Below are positions 52,242 to 64,000 of a stretch of DNA of 64,000 nucleotides, one piece after another (the stretch's first letter is position 1; every line of letters starts with the position of its first letter). Origin of the DNA: Chloroflexota bacterium (GTDB lineage: Bacteria > Chloroflexota > Dehalococcoidia > GIF9 > UBA5629); assembly GCA_016875925.1 (NCBI GenBank), contig VGOO01000001.1, positions 2,162 through 66,161 of the forward strand. Reading direction: 5' to 3'. The translations under genes and the position numbers were made by a program. The notes under the pieces were generated by a model. The model made no database searches. It saw only the letters and a program-made list of their open reading frames with translations, and was not told where the DNA came from.

Positions 52242-52954
52242 TCATCACTAGGCGCCAGACCATGTGCACGCAGTAAAGCAACATCTCCAAGTATATCCGA
52301 TGTCTTACCATCGGCCACTACCCTACCACCATCAAGCACTACAGTTCGCTGACACAAAATGCGGACCATTTCCAAGTCATGGGTGGCAATTATCTTTGTC
52401 ATAGGCAGTTTTTTCAACAGACCGATCAATGCCCATTTGCTCCTAGGGTCAAGATTACTCGTAGGCTCATCCAGTGCTAGAACATCAGGATCCAACGAGA
52501 GGACAGTGGCTATGGCAATCCGCTTCTTCTCCCCTAAGCTAAGATGGTGTGAGGAACGTTCGCCATATCCCATCATCGATACCCACTCCAGCGCCCGGTC
52601 GACACGCTGCTTGACCTCTGCCTCAGCATAACCCATATTCACGGGGCCAAAAGCAACATCGTCAAAAACACTAAGAGAAAAAAGCTGATCCTCCGGATCC
52701 TGGAATACCAGACCCACCTTCCGCCTCATTTCCCTCAGATTCTTTTCCTGTACCGGCAAACCGCAAATCCTTACCGCGCCATTGTTCCTCAGAATACCAT
52801 TCAAATGAAGCAGAAGCGTCGATTTGCCAGCACCATTGGGACCTATGACAGCTACATTCTCACCCGAGTAAATGCCCAAACTCACACGTTCCAGGCCACG
52901 ATGACCATCAGGATAAGTAAAGGAAAGGTCTACAATCTCGACAGTTTTTTCCAT
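52238..52954 (-). CDS. cbiO: ECF/CbiO-type cobalt/nickel ABC transporter ATP-binding protein
   Basis: Walker A GPNGAGKST, signature LSLGEKKR and Walker B LALDEP. ATG at 52954; an alternative GTG at 52972 overlaps cbiQ. Confidence 0.9.
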   Translation of the reverse strand: MEKTVEIVDLSFTYPDGHRGLERVSLGIYSGENVAVIGPNGAGKSTLLLHLNGILRNNGAVRICGLPVQEKNLREMRRKVGLVFQDPEDQLFSLSVFDDVAFGPVNMGYAEAEVKQRVDRALEWVSMMGYGERSSHHLSLGEKKRIAIATVLSLDPDVLALDEPTSNLDPRSKWALIGLLKKLPMTKIIATHDLEMVRILCQRTVVLDGGRVVADGKTSDILGDVALLRAHGLAPSDD

Positions 52955-52962
52955 ATCTGAAC

Positions 52963-53733
52963 CTACCACCACAGGACACCGGGAATAATAAGCGCCAGGA
53001 CAAAAGCTATGCCAAAATAAGCATCAGCCCGACCGAAACTCAGTGTGCGCATTGTGCGGACTTCCCCATCAAACCCTCTAGCTATCATAGCGGCATAGAC
53101 TCTTTCGCCACGCTCATAGCTACGAATGAACAACGTACCAATCATGTTGCCGATGGCTTTCAATTGATGCAGCCGCCGCCCACCGAAATTCCGGCTATCC
53201 CGCGCCTGCTTCATCCTCATCACCTCGTCTGCCAGCACAAAAATGTAACGATACATAAAAGAAAGAATTAAAACAATAACCTGGGGAACCCTAAATTGCT
53301 GCAAGCCTTTAAGCAAATCGGCAAGCTTAGTAGTTGATGACAGCAATATCAGGCTAAGGATGCACAGCCAGGCTTTAATAACCACGTTCGCCAGCACCAG
53401 CAAGCCGCTATAAGTCACCGAAACTTGCCACAGCCCGATATTGTAGCTCCCAGCCACCTCACCCTGTTTAAAAAATGGGATGAAAAGAGCAATCATCAGC
53501 ACAAAAGGAAACACTACCAGAGATCTCTTAAGCACATAGAATAGAGGTAATTTGGAAAGAACAAGTGAAACTACGATAACGCAGAAATATGAAATGAATG
53601 CCTGCCAACTTGTTATCGGTGTTAGCACCACGGCAATGACGAAAGCCAGAGCGACAACCAGCTTCGTCCGCGGGTCAAGCTTGTGTATCAGGCTGTCAAG
53701 TTCGCTGTATTCGTCGATAAAGCTATGCTTCAT
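52963..53733 (-). CDS. cbiQ: Cobalt/nickel ECF transporter transmembrane (T) component CbiQ
   Basis: 256 aa polytopic membrane protein. LDPRTKL near the N-terminus and an ARxxRG-type motif (AMIARGF). Operon position between cbiM/N and cbiO. Confidence 0.85.
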   Translation of the reverse strand: MKHSFIDEYSELDSLIHKLDPRTKLVVALAFVIAVVLTPITSWQAFISYFCVIVVSLVLSKLPLFYVLKRSLVVFPFVLMIALFIPFFKQGEVAGSYNIGLWQVSVTYSGLLVLANVVIKAWLCILSLILLSSTTKLADLLKGLQQFRVPQVIVLILSFMYRYIFVLADEVMRMKQARDSRNFGGRRLHQLKAIGNMIGTLFIRSYERGERVYAAMIARGFDGEVRTMRTLSFGRADAYFGIAFVLALIIPGVLWW

Positions 53734-54007
53734 TTTTTGATCGCAGCAATCTGGCTAATCCATAACCAATGCCAAACAATATAAGCGTACCTATCATTCC
53801 AGCCAGAATAGTGGCCAGGGCATCACTTCGCACACCAGGCACTACGTAGTCAGGAATAAATTGATAAGGGCTATCAGCAGCCTTTTCGGCAAATCCATAG
53901 TCTTCAGCCACCCGCTCCAGACCATCCGGCCAGGATGATGCCAATGGAGACAAGAGCACCAACAGAAAAGTCAGTACCAAAACGCCATGCCACCATTTTA
54001 ACCTCAT
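53723..54007 (-). CDS. PDGLE-domain small membrane protein (CbiN/NikN-like accessory component)
   Basis: TM helix, then SWPDGLERVAEDYGF, then a C-terminal TM helix. The ATG at 54007 lies 2 nt after the cbiM stop. Confidence 0.75.
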   Translation of the reverse strand: MRLKWWHGVLVLTFLLVLLSPLASSWPDGLERVAEDYGFAEKAADSPYQFIPDYVVPGVRSDALATILAGMIGTLILFGIGYGLARLLRSKNEA

Positions 54008-54009
54008 GC

Positions 54010-54660
54010 TTATGTGCTCCTTTCCAAATTCCATAACTTTAGAAGGTCAGCTCTCGTAGCCAATACCAGGCTGAGCACTGCGACGGTAATCAGGGCTTCA
54101 GCAATGCCTATCAGTGCATGCACGCCAGCCATTGCCGGAAGCGCTACCCTGTAAGGCACAGCACCTGATATGGCTAGCTCTAGTGCCGCCATAACCGCAG
54201 CTATCACAATCGAAAACCAAGCTGCAATCCCACCACCTAGCAGAACACCGGTTCTACTACCACCGAAAAGCGAAAAAACACCCCTGTAAATATAGTAGCT
54301 GGTGAGACAGCCTATAACACCCATGTTAAGCACATTAACACCCAAGGCAAGAAGCCCGCCATCCTGGAAAATCAAGCATTGCACTATCAGCACACAGGTC
54401 ATCACTATCATGCCGGCCCACGGGCCAAGCAATATAGCAGCCAGCGCAGCTCCTAAGAAATGCCCGGACGTACCACCAGCTATAGGGAAATTAAGCATTT
54501 GAGCCGCAAAGATGAATGCAGCCAATACCCCCATCAGTGGCACTTGCTTCTCCCCCAACTTCTTGTTGGTTGCCTTAACCGCATAAGCCACAAAACCGGC
54601 AGATACCGCTATGCCAGCACTAGCCACAGGCACAGTCACAAAACCATCTGGAATATGCAT
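54010..54660 (-). CDS. cbiM: Cobalt/nickel ECF transporter substrate-capture component CbiM/NikM
   Basis: The MHIPDGF N-terminus (metal-binding N-terminal His) and about 6 TM segments. Confidence 0.9.
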   Translation of the reverse strand: MHIPDGFVTVPVASAGIAVSAGFVAYAVKATNKKLGEKQVPLMGVLAAFIFAAQMLNFPIAGGTSGHFLGAALAAILLGPWAGMIVMTCVLIVQCLIFQDGGLLALGVNVLNMGVIGCLTSYYIYRGVFSLFGGSRTGVLLGGGIAAWFSIVIAAVMAALELAISGAVPYRVALPAMAGVHALIGIAEALITVAVLSLVLATRADLLKLWNLERST

Positions 54661-54719
54661 GACAAACCTCCGTACTATACGAAAAGCTAAACATCAAGCC
54701 CAAAAATCGGCTTGAAAAA

Positions 54720-55166
54720 CTAATTCCGGCATTCAGTGCATAAGCCAAATATCGCTAAATGCCTCAAATCAGCCTGAAATCCATACTCATGGAATAGCAC
54801 ATCCTCAAGGTTTGAAATGGCATTTTCGGGAAGGTCGAGGATAATTCCGCACTTCTGGCACACAAGATGGTGATGACGGCCCCTTTCCGCTGGGTGATAA
54901 CGAACTCTACCATCACCCAATTCAACCTCAGTAACCAACCCAAGCTCTTTCAACAACTCCAATGTCCGATACACCGTGGAGATATTAGCATAGGGATATC
55001 TGTCCCGAACCTGCTCGTAAATCTCTTCGGCACTGATGTGGTCGGCACCGCCATGCAATGCCTCTACCACCATCATTCTCTGCGGCGTTAACCGATAGCC
55101 CCGCTGCTGAAGCTGGATAATACAACTCACAACAGTCAATATATCAGAAAACACTAGAAATTGCAA
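54720..55166 (-). CDS. Fur-family metalloregulator, possibly Nur/Zur-like
   Basis: RLTPQR..V...L......H.SAEEIY..V......ISTVYRTLELL...GLV, HHHLVC..CG and a C-terminal C.EC. True start probably internal (GTG); the promoter-like TTGCAA-N17-TATATT lies within the first codons of the ORF-track model. Confidence 0.85.
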   Translation of the reverse strand: MQFLVFSDILTVVSCIIQLQQRGYRLTPQRMMVVEALHGGADHISAEEIYEQVRDRYPYANISTVYRTLELLKELGLVTEVELGDGRVRYHPAERGRHHHLVCQKCGIILDLPENAISNLEDVLFHEYGFQADLRHLAIFGLCTECRN

Positions 55167-55192
55167 ACAGTTGCAAATGCAAGTGGTAGAAT

Positions 55193-55645
55193 CTAGGAGA
55201 TTTTGTCTCTGCTATCGAGGGCTATAGTTACAGGGCCATCATTGTGAATCTCCACCAGCATATGCTGCTGAAATCGCCCTGTCTCCGCCTTCAACCCAGC
55301 GTCGCGGACGAAGCAAACAAATAGGTTGAACAGAGGCTCGGCTTGCTCAGGTGGAGCTGCCTCGGTCAAACTAGGTCTTCGGCCCTTCTTAGCATCAGCC
55401 AGCAGCGTAAACTGGCTAACAACCAAGAGTTCTCCGCCGATATCTAACACAGAACGATTGAATCTGCCGGCTTCATCTGCAAAGATGCGCAAGTTGCACA
55501 CCTTATCCGCCAGGTAGCGAGCATCTCTCTCTGTATCCCCCAGGGCAACGCCAACAAAAACAACAAGTCCATGACCAATTTCCCCCACCACCACTCCATC
55601 CACCATGACCGAGGCTTTCACCACTCGCTGTAATAATGCTTTCAC
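55193..55645 (-). CDS. dtd: D-aminoacyl-tRNA deacylase
   Basis: (V)KALLQRV..ASV.VDG..VG.IG.GL.VFVGV, SQFTL and NDGPVT. GTG start at 55645. Confidence 0.92.
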   Translation of the reverse strand: MKALLQRVVKASVMVDGVVVGEIGHGLVVFVGVALGDTERDARYLADKVCNLRIFADEAGRFNRSVLDIGGELLVVSQFTLLADAKKGRRPSLTEAAPPEQAEPLFNLFVCFVRDAGLKAETGRFQQHMLVEIHNDGPVTIALDSRDKIS

Positions 55646-55903
55646 GGTATTACCGATAGCAAGAATATTGACCCGTCCACACCAGCCCACCACGATTATA
55701 TCACATAGCTATTCAGCTCAATGGTGATGATTCCGCTACCAGCAACAACCCCGATTAGGCATTTTGCTCAACTGGGAATAGGCACTGACACTCAAGCCCA
55801 TCCTGATATAGTATGTTATCCTGAATAACAGATGCCCAGAAAGTACAGAGATAGAAGGAGACTCATCAAGCAAAAATAGCCACAGTCCCTCTATCAATTC
55901 AAA

Positions 55904-55932
55904 TTGACAGTCAATAGCCGATACGTTAGAAT
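55904..55932 (+). promoter_or_regulatory. Sigma-70-type promoter of the bifunctional-nuclease-family gene
   Basis: TTGACA-N17-TAGAAT, 33 nt upstream of the ATG, with a GGAGGGA SD. Confidence 0.6.
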
Positions 55933-55965
55933 GGCACTGTCGCCGTCAGATACGGAGGGACCACC

Positions 55966-56517
55966 ATGATAGAGATGGTAATCGACAGCATTCGAGTGAG
56001 CCTTATGAATTACCAGCACGTTGTCATCCTCAGGGAAAAGAAATCAGACCGTTACCTGCCTATCTGGATTGGGCCAGCAGAGGCAGACGCCATATCAATG
56101 AAACTGCAAAACCTTGATACCGCACGCCCCATGACGCACGACCTGCTCGATTCAGTAATTTGCACTCTTGGCGCCAAAGTCAACTTTATCGTGGTCAACG
56201 ACTTGCGCAACGACACGTTCTTCGCCAAAATCACCCTGAACACCAATGGAAAACAGATAGAGATCGATTGCCGCCCCAGTGATGCTATAGCACTTGCGGT
56301 CAGGGCTACCGCACCCATATACGTCGAGGAGTCCATTCTGGAAAAAGCTGGCATCATACTAGATAGAGAAACCGGAAAACCAGTCCCCATAGACAAGAGT
56401 CACGAGAAACAGACAGGCGACAAAAAGATGGACGAGCAAGAACTGAAAAAGCTTTCCGCATTCTACGACTTCATCAACACGCTTGACCTGGATGACCTGG
56501 GAAAACACAAATCTTAG
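55966..56517 (+). CDS. Bifunctional nuclease family protein (BFN/DUF151)
   Basis: VVILREK...RYLPIWIGP.EA.AI...L......RPMTHDLL and IDCRPSDAIALAVR...PIYV are DUF151 hallmarks. Confidence 0.85.
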   Translation: MIEMVIDSIRVSLMNYQHVVILREKKSDRYLPIWIGPAEADAISMKLQNLDTARPMTHDLLDSVICTLGAKVNFIVVNDLRNDTFFAKITLNTNGKQIEIDCRPSDAIALAVRATAPIYVEESILEKAGIILDRETGKPVPIDKSHEKQTGDKKMDEQELKKLSAFYDFINTLDLDDLGKHKS

Positions 56518-56810
56518 AAACAGACGAATAGACGAATAATGAATAGCCAGTTCTTAAGAAAAACAATGCCCCGCCTAAAATGTTGTGACTGTGGACAACC
56601 CTATGACATAGACAAAATGAATGTCCTGGGTTCTAGAGTGACGTCGGGGCAAACATACATGGCCACCTCCGAGGGCTCGACGGCAACTTCGCCAAGCTCC
56701 TTAATGGTAGTTAGGCATTAAGATATAAGACGCTTGCTCATGGCAGGCTAACTGGAAAACAATCTACCACAAGAGTTGTCGCATAAGGGCGGCGGGAAAA
56801 GCACGTCGTT

Positions 56811-57116
56811 TTGACTCAGAAAAACACGCATGACATAAAGCGGCAAGACAAACCAGAGAAGCCGCCACGAATGGAATGGGCAAGGCCTCTCTGGTTTCTA
56901 ACTACGGTCGGGTGGTACGTGGCTTTGAGTATTGTTATACCAACAGGTATAGGTTACTGGCTAGACCGTCCAAGCCAGTTTGACACCCATCCACTATTCA
57001 CCCTTATCGGGTTCGGGCTGGGTACCATAACTGCCTTCTATGGGCTATACCAGATGCTTCGCCGCTTTCAGCGCGAAGAGATGGAAAGAAACAACAGGAT
57101 GAAGGGAGCCAAGTAG
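56811..57116 (+). CDS. atpZ: AtpZ/AtpI-family small membrane protein of the ATP synthase operon
   Basis: Two TM helices (G.GYWLD......P.FTLIGF.LG....FY), located directly upstream of atpB. Start uncertain: TTG at 56811 or ATG at 56871. Confidence 0.7.
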   Translation: MTQKNTHDIKRQDKPEKPPRMEWARPLWFLTTVGWYVALSIVIPTGIGYWLDRPSQFDTHPLFTLIGFGLGTITAFYGLYQMLRRFQREEMERNNRMKGAK

Positions 57117-57120
57117 TACC

Positions 57121-58086
57121 ATGGCCGCGAGAGGTGGTTGTTCCATGAAAATCGCGGCCATAGTCGGCATTTTCATCCTCGCCCTATTCCTCACCGGCCT
57201 TATCGTTGGCCCGCTCGGCGCTAGCCTGTTAGGCATTGCACCCCCCAAAGCCCTAGCCGTCCCCAAACCTCACGTCGAACTCCCCTCAGAGGGTGTAGCC
57301 CACCTCGGCAGCTTCGTCATCACCAACACTTTAATTGCCTCTTGGCTTACCATCATGGTGTTAGCATGGCTTTTCTATGCCTGCACCCGAAAAATGACCC
57401 TGGTCCCAGGAAGGCTTCAGAGCCTCGCTGAGATGGTCGTGGAGACATTGTTGAACTTCATCACCGGCGTGGCAGGGCAGAAAAACGCTCGTACCCTCTT
57501 CCCTGTAGTAGCTACTATATTTCTCTACGTTATCACTAATGCTTATATGGGACTCCTCCCCTTCTATGGCTCAATCGGCATCAACGAAGTCCACGAGCAT
57601 GAGAGCGTTTTCGTCCCGTTGCTCAGGGCTGCCAACACCGACGTGAATGTACCGCTCTCTATTGCACTGGTATCATTCATCTTTGTCGAATACCTGGGAT
57701 TCCGTGCCATTGGTATTCCCAAATATATCAACAGCTTCTTCAAATTCGACCAGCTCCGCGACGGCATAGTTAGTCTGTTCAAAGGGAAGTTGCGACCAGC
57801 CATAACAGGAATCCTCTTCGGATTCATCAATATTTTTGTCGGCTGCCTAGAAGTATTCAGCCACTTCATCAGGATTATCAGCTTCACCTTTCGTCTCTTT
57901 GGCAACATGACTGCAGGAGAGATACTGCTGCTGGTAGTCTGCTTTCTTGTCCCGCTGATAGCCACCATACCATTCTACGGACTTGAACTTCTAATCGGTT
58001 TCATCCAAGCTCTTATCTTTGCTGGATTGACTCTAGTATTTGGCGTAATCGCTTTGACACCACACACTGAGGAAGAACACGCGTGA
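57121..58086 (+). CDS. atpB: F0F1 ATP synthase subunit a
   Basis: Polytopic. The conserved Arg is in FTFRLFGNMTAGE. Alternative ATG at 57145. Confidence 0.93.
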   Translation: MAARGGCSMKIAAIVGIFILALFLTGLIVGPLGASLLGIAPPKALAVPKPHVELPSEGVAHLGSFVITNTLIASWLTIMVLAWLFYACTRKMTLVPGRLQSLAEMVVETLLNFITGVAGQKNARTLFPVVATIFLYVITNAYMGLLPFYGSIGINEVHEHESVFVPLLRAANTDVNVPLSIALVSFIFVEYLGFRAIGIPKYINSFFKFDQLRDGIVSLFKGKLRPAITGILFGFINIFVGCLEVFSHFIRIISFTFRLFGNMTAGEILLLVVCFLVPLIATIPFYGLELLIGFIQALIFAGLTLVFGVIALTPHTEEEHA

Positions 58087-58099
58087 AAGGAGAAGATAA

Positions 58100-58330
<231 letters not shown>

Positions 58331-58347
58331 TAAAGGGGGAACAACCA

Positions 58348-58479
58348 ATGCAAGATGATGGTTTGCCGATTTCATTCGGCGTTATTATCGGTGCCATTAT
58401 ACTCGGCCTATTTGTAGTAGCCGGGTTTATCCTGATGGCAATACTTATTGGTTCCTTCCTGCTATCGGCAGCAGGTTAG
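58348..58479 (+). CDS. Unannotated 43-codon hydrophobic ORF between atpE and atpF
   Basis: ATG preceded by AAAGGGGGA 8 nt upstream. Translation is MQDDGLPISFGVIIGAILGLFVVAGFILMAILIGSFLLSAAG-like, a single long hydrophobic stretch, ending at the TAG at 58477-58479. Below the 60-aa cutoff of the ORF track. Confidence 0.5.
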   Translation: MQDDGLPISFGVIIGAIILGLFVVAGFILMAILIGSFLLSAAG

Positions 58480-58508
58480 GAAACTAAAATTAACATTGGC
58501 AAGATAAT

Positions 58509-59009
58509 ATGGAAGGTCTAGGAATTAACCTGCCGCTTCTAATAGCATTCGTCGTAAATTTCCTTATCCTGTTCGGCCTGCTAACGTTGGTACTGTACCG
58601 ACCAGTGCTAAGAGTGCTCGATGAACGACAAGCCAAAATAAAGGAGAGCATTGAGCAAGCGGAGAGAATCAAGGAACAGACAGCACGTAGCGAAGAGGAG
58701 ATAAAAGCACACCTGGAAACAGCCAGGAAAGAAGGCCAAACTGTAATAGCACAAGCAACACAGATCGGCGAGAGACTCAAAGAAGAAGCCAAGGAGAAAG
58801 CCCGACAAGAAGCCGAGACCATTCTGGCTAAAGCACAAACCGAGATCCGGCAAGAACGAGATAAAATCATCGACGACCTGCGTAAGGAGTTTGTGGACAT
58901 AGCTATTCTGGCTGCAGAAAAGGTGACCAGAGAAACACTGGATAAAGGGAAGCATCGCAAGCTAATCGACGAAGTGCTCAAAGAGAGCGCGACATTTAAA
59001 CGAAAATAG
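58509..59009 (+). CDS. atpF: F0F1 ATP synthase subunit b
   Basis: N-terminal TM helix followed by a long charged coiled coil (L..R...I......AE....EA). Confidence 0.92.
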   Translation: MEGLGINLPLLIAFVVNFLILFGLLTLVLYRPVLRVLDERQAKIKESIEQAERIKEQTARSEEEIKAHLETARKEGQTVIAQATQIGERLKEEAKEKARQEAETILAKAQTEIRQERDKIIDDLRKEFVDIAILAAEKVTRETLDKGKHRKLIDEVLKESATFKRK

Positions 59010-59022
59010 AAGGCCACAGTAA

Positions 59023-59562
59023 ATGCCAGCAACTGTTTCTAGTAAACGTTATGCGCAGGCTGTTTTCGAGATTGCCAGGGAAAATGGCGAGCTAGAGAAA
59101 TGGCGGCCTGACCTGAAGAAAATCACCGAACTAGCTCAGGATTCTGAGACCGTGTCTCTTTTGGAAAACCCGAAGGTGCCTTTTGACCTCAAGGCCAAAT
59201 TGGCTCAGGAAAAACTGGGCAAGGTAAGCCCGCTAGCCTTGAATCTGGCCTATATTCTAATACTCAAAGGACGCCTCAGGAGCATTCCCCAAATTGCAGA
59301 CGAATACCAGCGTCTACTCGATGAACATCGCGGCATAAGGCATACTGAAGTCACTACAGCCATCCCACTAGATGACACAAGCAAAAGGAAAATCGCCCGG
59401 AGCCTGGAAACTATGACCGGCAAGAAGCTCAGCCTTAGCCTCAAGGTCGACGCCGACATCATCGGTGGGTTCGTAGCCAGAATCGATGACAGTCTCATCG
59501 ATTGCAGCATACGCAGTGAATTGGAGCAAATGAAAAAAGGTTTGGCTGAAACCGCCAGCTAG
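59023..59562 (+). CDS. atpH: F0F1 ATP synthase subunit delta (OSCP)
   Basis: [11 protein letters not shown] and a C-terminal D..IIGG.V.RI.D..ID.S. Confidence 0.92.
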   Translation: MPATVSSKRYAQAVFEIARENGELEKWRPDLKKITELAQDSETVSLLENPKVPFDLKAKLAQEKLGKVSPLALNLAYILILKGRLRSIPQIADEYQRLLDEHRGIRHTEVTTAIPLDDTSKRKIARSLETMTGKKLSLSLKVDADIIGGFVARIDDSLIDCSIRSELEQMKKGLAETAS

Positions 59563-59585
59563 TTACCTGTAAGGGAGTAAACAGC

Positions 59586-61097
59586 ATGACTACTGCAGGA
59601 CGAGACATAGTATCAGTGATAAAAGAGCAAATCCAGCATTTCGGCACCACCGTTACCATGGTAGATGTAGGCTCAGTGACAGAGGTGGGAGACGGCATCG
59701 CCCGCATCCATGGACTGCGTGGCGCTAAATACAACGAGCTGCTGGAATTTGCCAACGGGACAATGGGTTTAGCCCTCAATCTGGAAGATGATAATGTAGC
59801 TGCGGTTATCCTCGGCGACTACAGCCATATCAAAGAGGGCGACGAAGTGCGTTGCACCGGAAAAGTCGTCGAGGTGCCTGTCGGCGACGAACTCATCGGC
59901 CGTGTAATCGACCCCCTAGGCAACACTCTGGACAACATGGGGCCGATAAAAACCACCAGGATTAGGCCAGTGGAGAGGGTTGCACCCAACGTAGTCATGA
60001 GGGAACCAGTAAGAACCCCGGTGCATACAGGCATAAAGATAGTTGATAGCCTGATTCCCATCGGCCGTGGCCAGCGTGAGCTTATAATCGGTGACCGCTC
60101 CGTAGGTAAATCAGCCATAGCTCTCGATACTATTATCAGCCAGAAAGACGGCAACCTCATTTGCATCTATGTGGCTATTGGCCAGAAAACCTCCAAAGTA
60201 GCTCAGGTTATAGGCACACTCAAGAAATACGGCGCCATGGCGCATACCATAATAGTAGTAGCCAACGCATCTGACCCCGCCCCTCTCCAATACTTAGCAC
60301 CGTACGCCGGCTGCGCCGTAGGAGAAGAATTTATGGAACAGGGCAGGGATGCCCTAGTTATCTATGACGACCTGACCAAGCACGCCTGGGCTTACCGCCA
60401 AATGTCATTGATACTACGTCGCCCACCGGGTCGAGAAGCTTACCCCGGCGACGTTTTCTACCTACATAGCCGCCTCCTGGAACGTGCCGCCAAACTGGCT
60501 CCCGAGTTCGGCGGAGGCTCACTGACCGCATTGCCCATAATCGAGATTCAGGCCGGTGACCTCTCGGCATACATCCCAACAAACGTAATATCCATCACCG
60601 ATGGCCAGATATATCTGGAGACAGACCTGTTCAATACCGGCGTCCGCCCAGCATTGAACGCCGGCCTTTCGGTATCCCGCGTCGGTGGCAATGCCCAGAC
60701 CAGAGCTATGAGACAAGTAGCCGGAAAACTAAGGCTAGACATGGCCCAATATCGCGAACTAGCCACTTTTGCCCAGTTCGGCACCTCTGACCTGGACAAA
60801 GCCACATTGTCACAATTGCAGCGCGGACAGCGAATCACCGAGATACTGAAACAACCACAATATAGCCCAATGCCACTGGATAAAGAGGTAACCATCCTCT
60901 ACGCCGTCACTAACGGGTATCTGGATGACGTGCCTGTAGATAAAATCGCTGCCTTCGAACAGAACTTTCATCGTTTTATGGAGACGAACCATCCTGATAT
61001 AGGGCAGCGTATCGCCAAGGACAAGGAGATAAAAAAGGAAACTGAAGAGATGCTGAAATCAGCGATTTCGGCATTCAAACAGACCTTTACCTACTAA
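59586..61097 (+). CDS. atpA: F0F1 ATP synthase subunit alpha
   Basis: [16 protein letters not shown]-loop variant, YVAIGQK and DDLTKHA.AYR. Confidence 0.98.
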   Translation: MTTAGRDIVSVIKEQIQHFGTTVTMVDVGSVTEVGDGIARIHGLRGAKYNELLEFANGTMGLALNLEDDNVAAVILGDYSHIKEGDEVRCTGKVVEVPVGDELIGRVIDPLGNTLDNMGPIKTTRIRPVERVAPNVVMREPVRTPVHTGIKIVDSLIPIGRGQRELIIGDRSVGKSAIALDTIISQKDGNLICIYVAIGQKTSKVAQVIGTLKKYGAMAHTIIVVANASDPAPLQYLAPYAGCAVGEEFMEQGRDALVIYDDLTKHAWAYRQMSLILRRPPGREAYPGDVFYLHSRLLERAAKLAPEFGGGSLTALPIIEIQAGDLSAYIPTNVISITDGQIYLETDLFNTGVRPALNAGLSVSRVGGNAQTRAMRQVAGKLRLDMAQYRELATFAQFGTSDLDKATLSQLQRGQRITEILKQPQYSPMPLDKEVTILYAVTNGYLDDVPVDKIAAFEQNFHRFMETNHPDIGQRIAKDKEIKKETEEMLKSAISAFKQTFTY

Positions 61098-61106
61098 AGA
61101 ACAACT

Positions 61107-63374
<2,268 letters not shown>

Positions 63375-63375
<1 letters not shown>

Positions 63376-63803
63376 TGTCCCCCATAAGATTGGATGTCAT
63401 AACAGCCGAACACCAGGTGATGTCCGATGACGTTGATGTTGTGGTCGTCCCGGGCGTTGTTGGTGAATTGGGTATATTGCCCCACCACGCTCCACTGATG
63501 ACCATGCTCCAACCTGGCGAGTTACTCATCAGGAAAGGACATGATGAGACCTACTTAGCCGTTACCGGAGGCTTTCTCGAGGTCCGTCCAGATAAGATAA
63601 TAGTTCTAGCCGATGCTTGTGAGCGCGCTGAGGAAATAGACGTAGAGCGTGCTGAAGCTGCAAAACGCAGAGCTGAAGAACGGCTAAGAACACATCCTCC
63701 GGGCCTAGACGAAAGGCGCGCTGAAGCTGCGCTCAGACGGTCGCTGATCCGCCTCAGAATAGCCGAAAGACGAGCCAGAAGGGCACCGAAACCAGGTTTC
63801 TAG
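63375..63803 (+). CDS. atpC: F0F1 ATP synthase subunit epsilon
   Basis: L.V.T.E......DV..V..PG..GE.GILP.H.PL. GTG start overlaps the atpD stop. Confidence 0.93.
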
Positions 63804-63882
63804 GTGCGCCTTCGGCCTTACTCTGGATATCAGAGAGTTGGTGCCCTGTCTCCAAGACCTTACGGTCAGGCAATCGATGTGG

Positions 63883-64000
63883 CTATACGATTTCCAGCCT
63901 GACGCGGACGCCTTCCTTGGTGGCCACTACGCGAAGTAAAGTGCGCATCGCCTCGGCAACGCGACCTTGCCGTCCTATAACTCTACCCTTATCATCAGGG
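63883..64000 (-). CDS. C-terminal part of a KH-domain RNA-binding protein (YlqC/UPF0109-like); the 5' end is outside the window
   Basis: My own minus-strand translation gives PDDKGRVIGRQGRVAEAMRTLLRVVATKEGVRVRLEIV*, ending at the TAG at 63883-63885. The (K)G.VIG..GR.A.A.RTL motif is the KH GxxG-type signature of this family. Too short for the ORF track. Confidence 0.6.
   Translation of the reverse strand, partial: PDDKGRVIGRQGRVAEAMRTLLRVVATKEGVRVRLEIV

Noticed and set aside
54661-54719. Expected cobalamin riboswitch upstream of cbiM.
   Set aside because: The spacer is only 59 nt, far too short for a B12 riboswitch. Regulation is more likely through the adjacent Fur-family gene.
56539-56721. 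60-aa ORF (MNSQFLRKTMPRLKCCDCGQPYD...) upstream of the atp operon.
   Set aside because: It has no SD, no recognisable motif beyond three cysteines, and a Ser/Thr-rich tail. There is not enough support to call a gene, though a small protein cannot be excluded.
58490-59032. 180-aa minus-strand ORF antisense to atpF.
   Set aside because: It is a Ser/Leu/Cys-rich mirror of the Lys/Glu-rich coiled-coil coding strand, a classic antisense artefact.

Overview
Densely coding 64-kb chromosomal segment with about 60 protein genes, one rRNA gene and very little non-coding DNA. Nearly all of it is core housekeeping: groES-groEL, pdxST, tmk, mnmA, rnhB, gatB, secG, ispDF-cysS, radA, clpC, ruvB, rpoBC, lysA, holB, a rplI-dnaB-dnaD-dnaC replication cluster, mfd, nadC, a CbiMNQO-type transporter and a complete F1Fo ATP synthase operon. 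Protein signatures and gene order suggest a Chloroflexota, Dehalococcoidia-like genome; this is inference only and no search was run. I saw no tRNA, CRISPR array, transposase or integrase. The one clearly accessory element is a lower-GC island at about 11.64-14.56 kb. It carries a C-protein-controlled type II restriction-modification system with a recognisable C-box operator. The observations most worth follow-up: (1) a FabD-like protein with its catalytic Ser and His replaced, lying near an ACP-like protein whose phosphopantetheine-attachment Ser is replaced by Pro; both ORFs are intact, suggesting a non-catalytic pseudo-enzyme/pseudo-carrier pair. (2) A helicase-loader gene encoding two complete DnaC/DnaI AAA+ modules in one polypeptide, overlapping the upstream DnaD-like gene by about 86 nt. 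(3) A stand-alone 5S rRNA gene with its own near-consensus promoter and no 23S nearby. (4) A SAM hydroxide adenosyltransferase (DUF62) gene split by a single in-frame TAG. (5) An unannotated 43-codon hydrophobic ORF with a strong SD between atpE and atpF. (6) Several promoters placed for leaderless translation. All functional calls rest on motif recognition by eye from the supplied translations. Coordinates of starts are often ambiguous because the ORF track uses alternative start codons.
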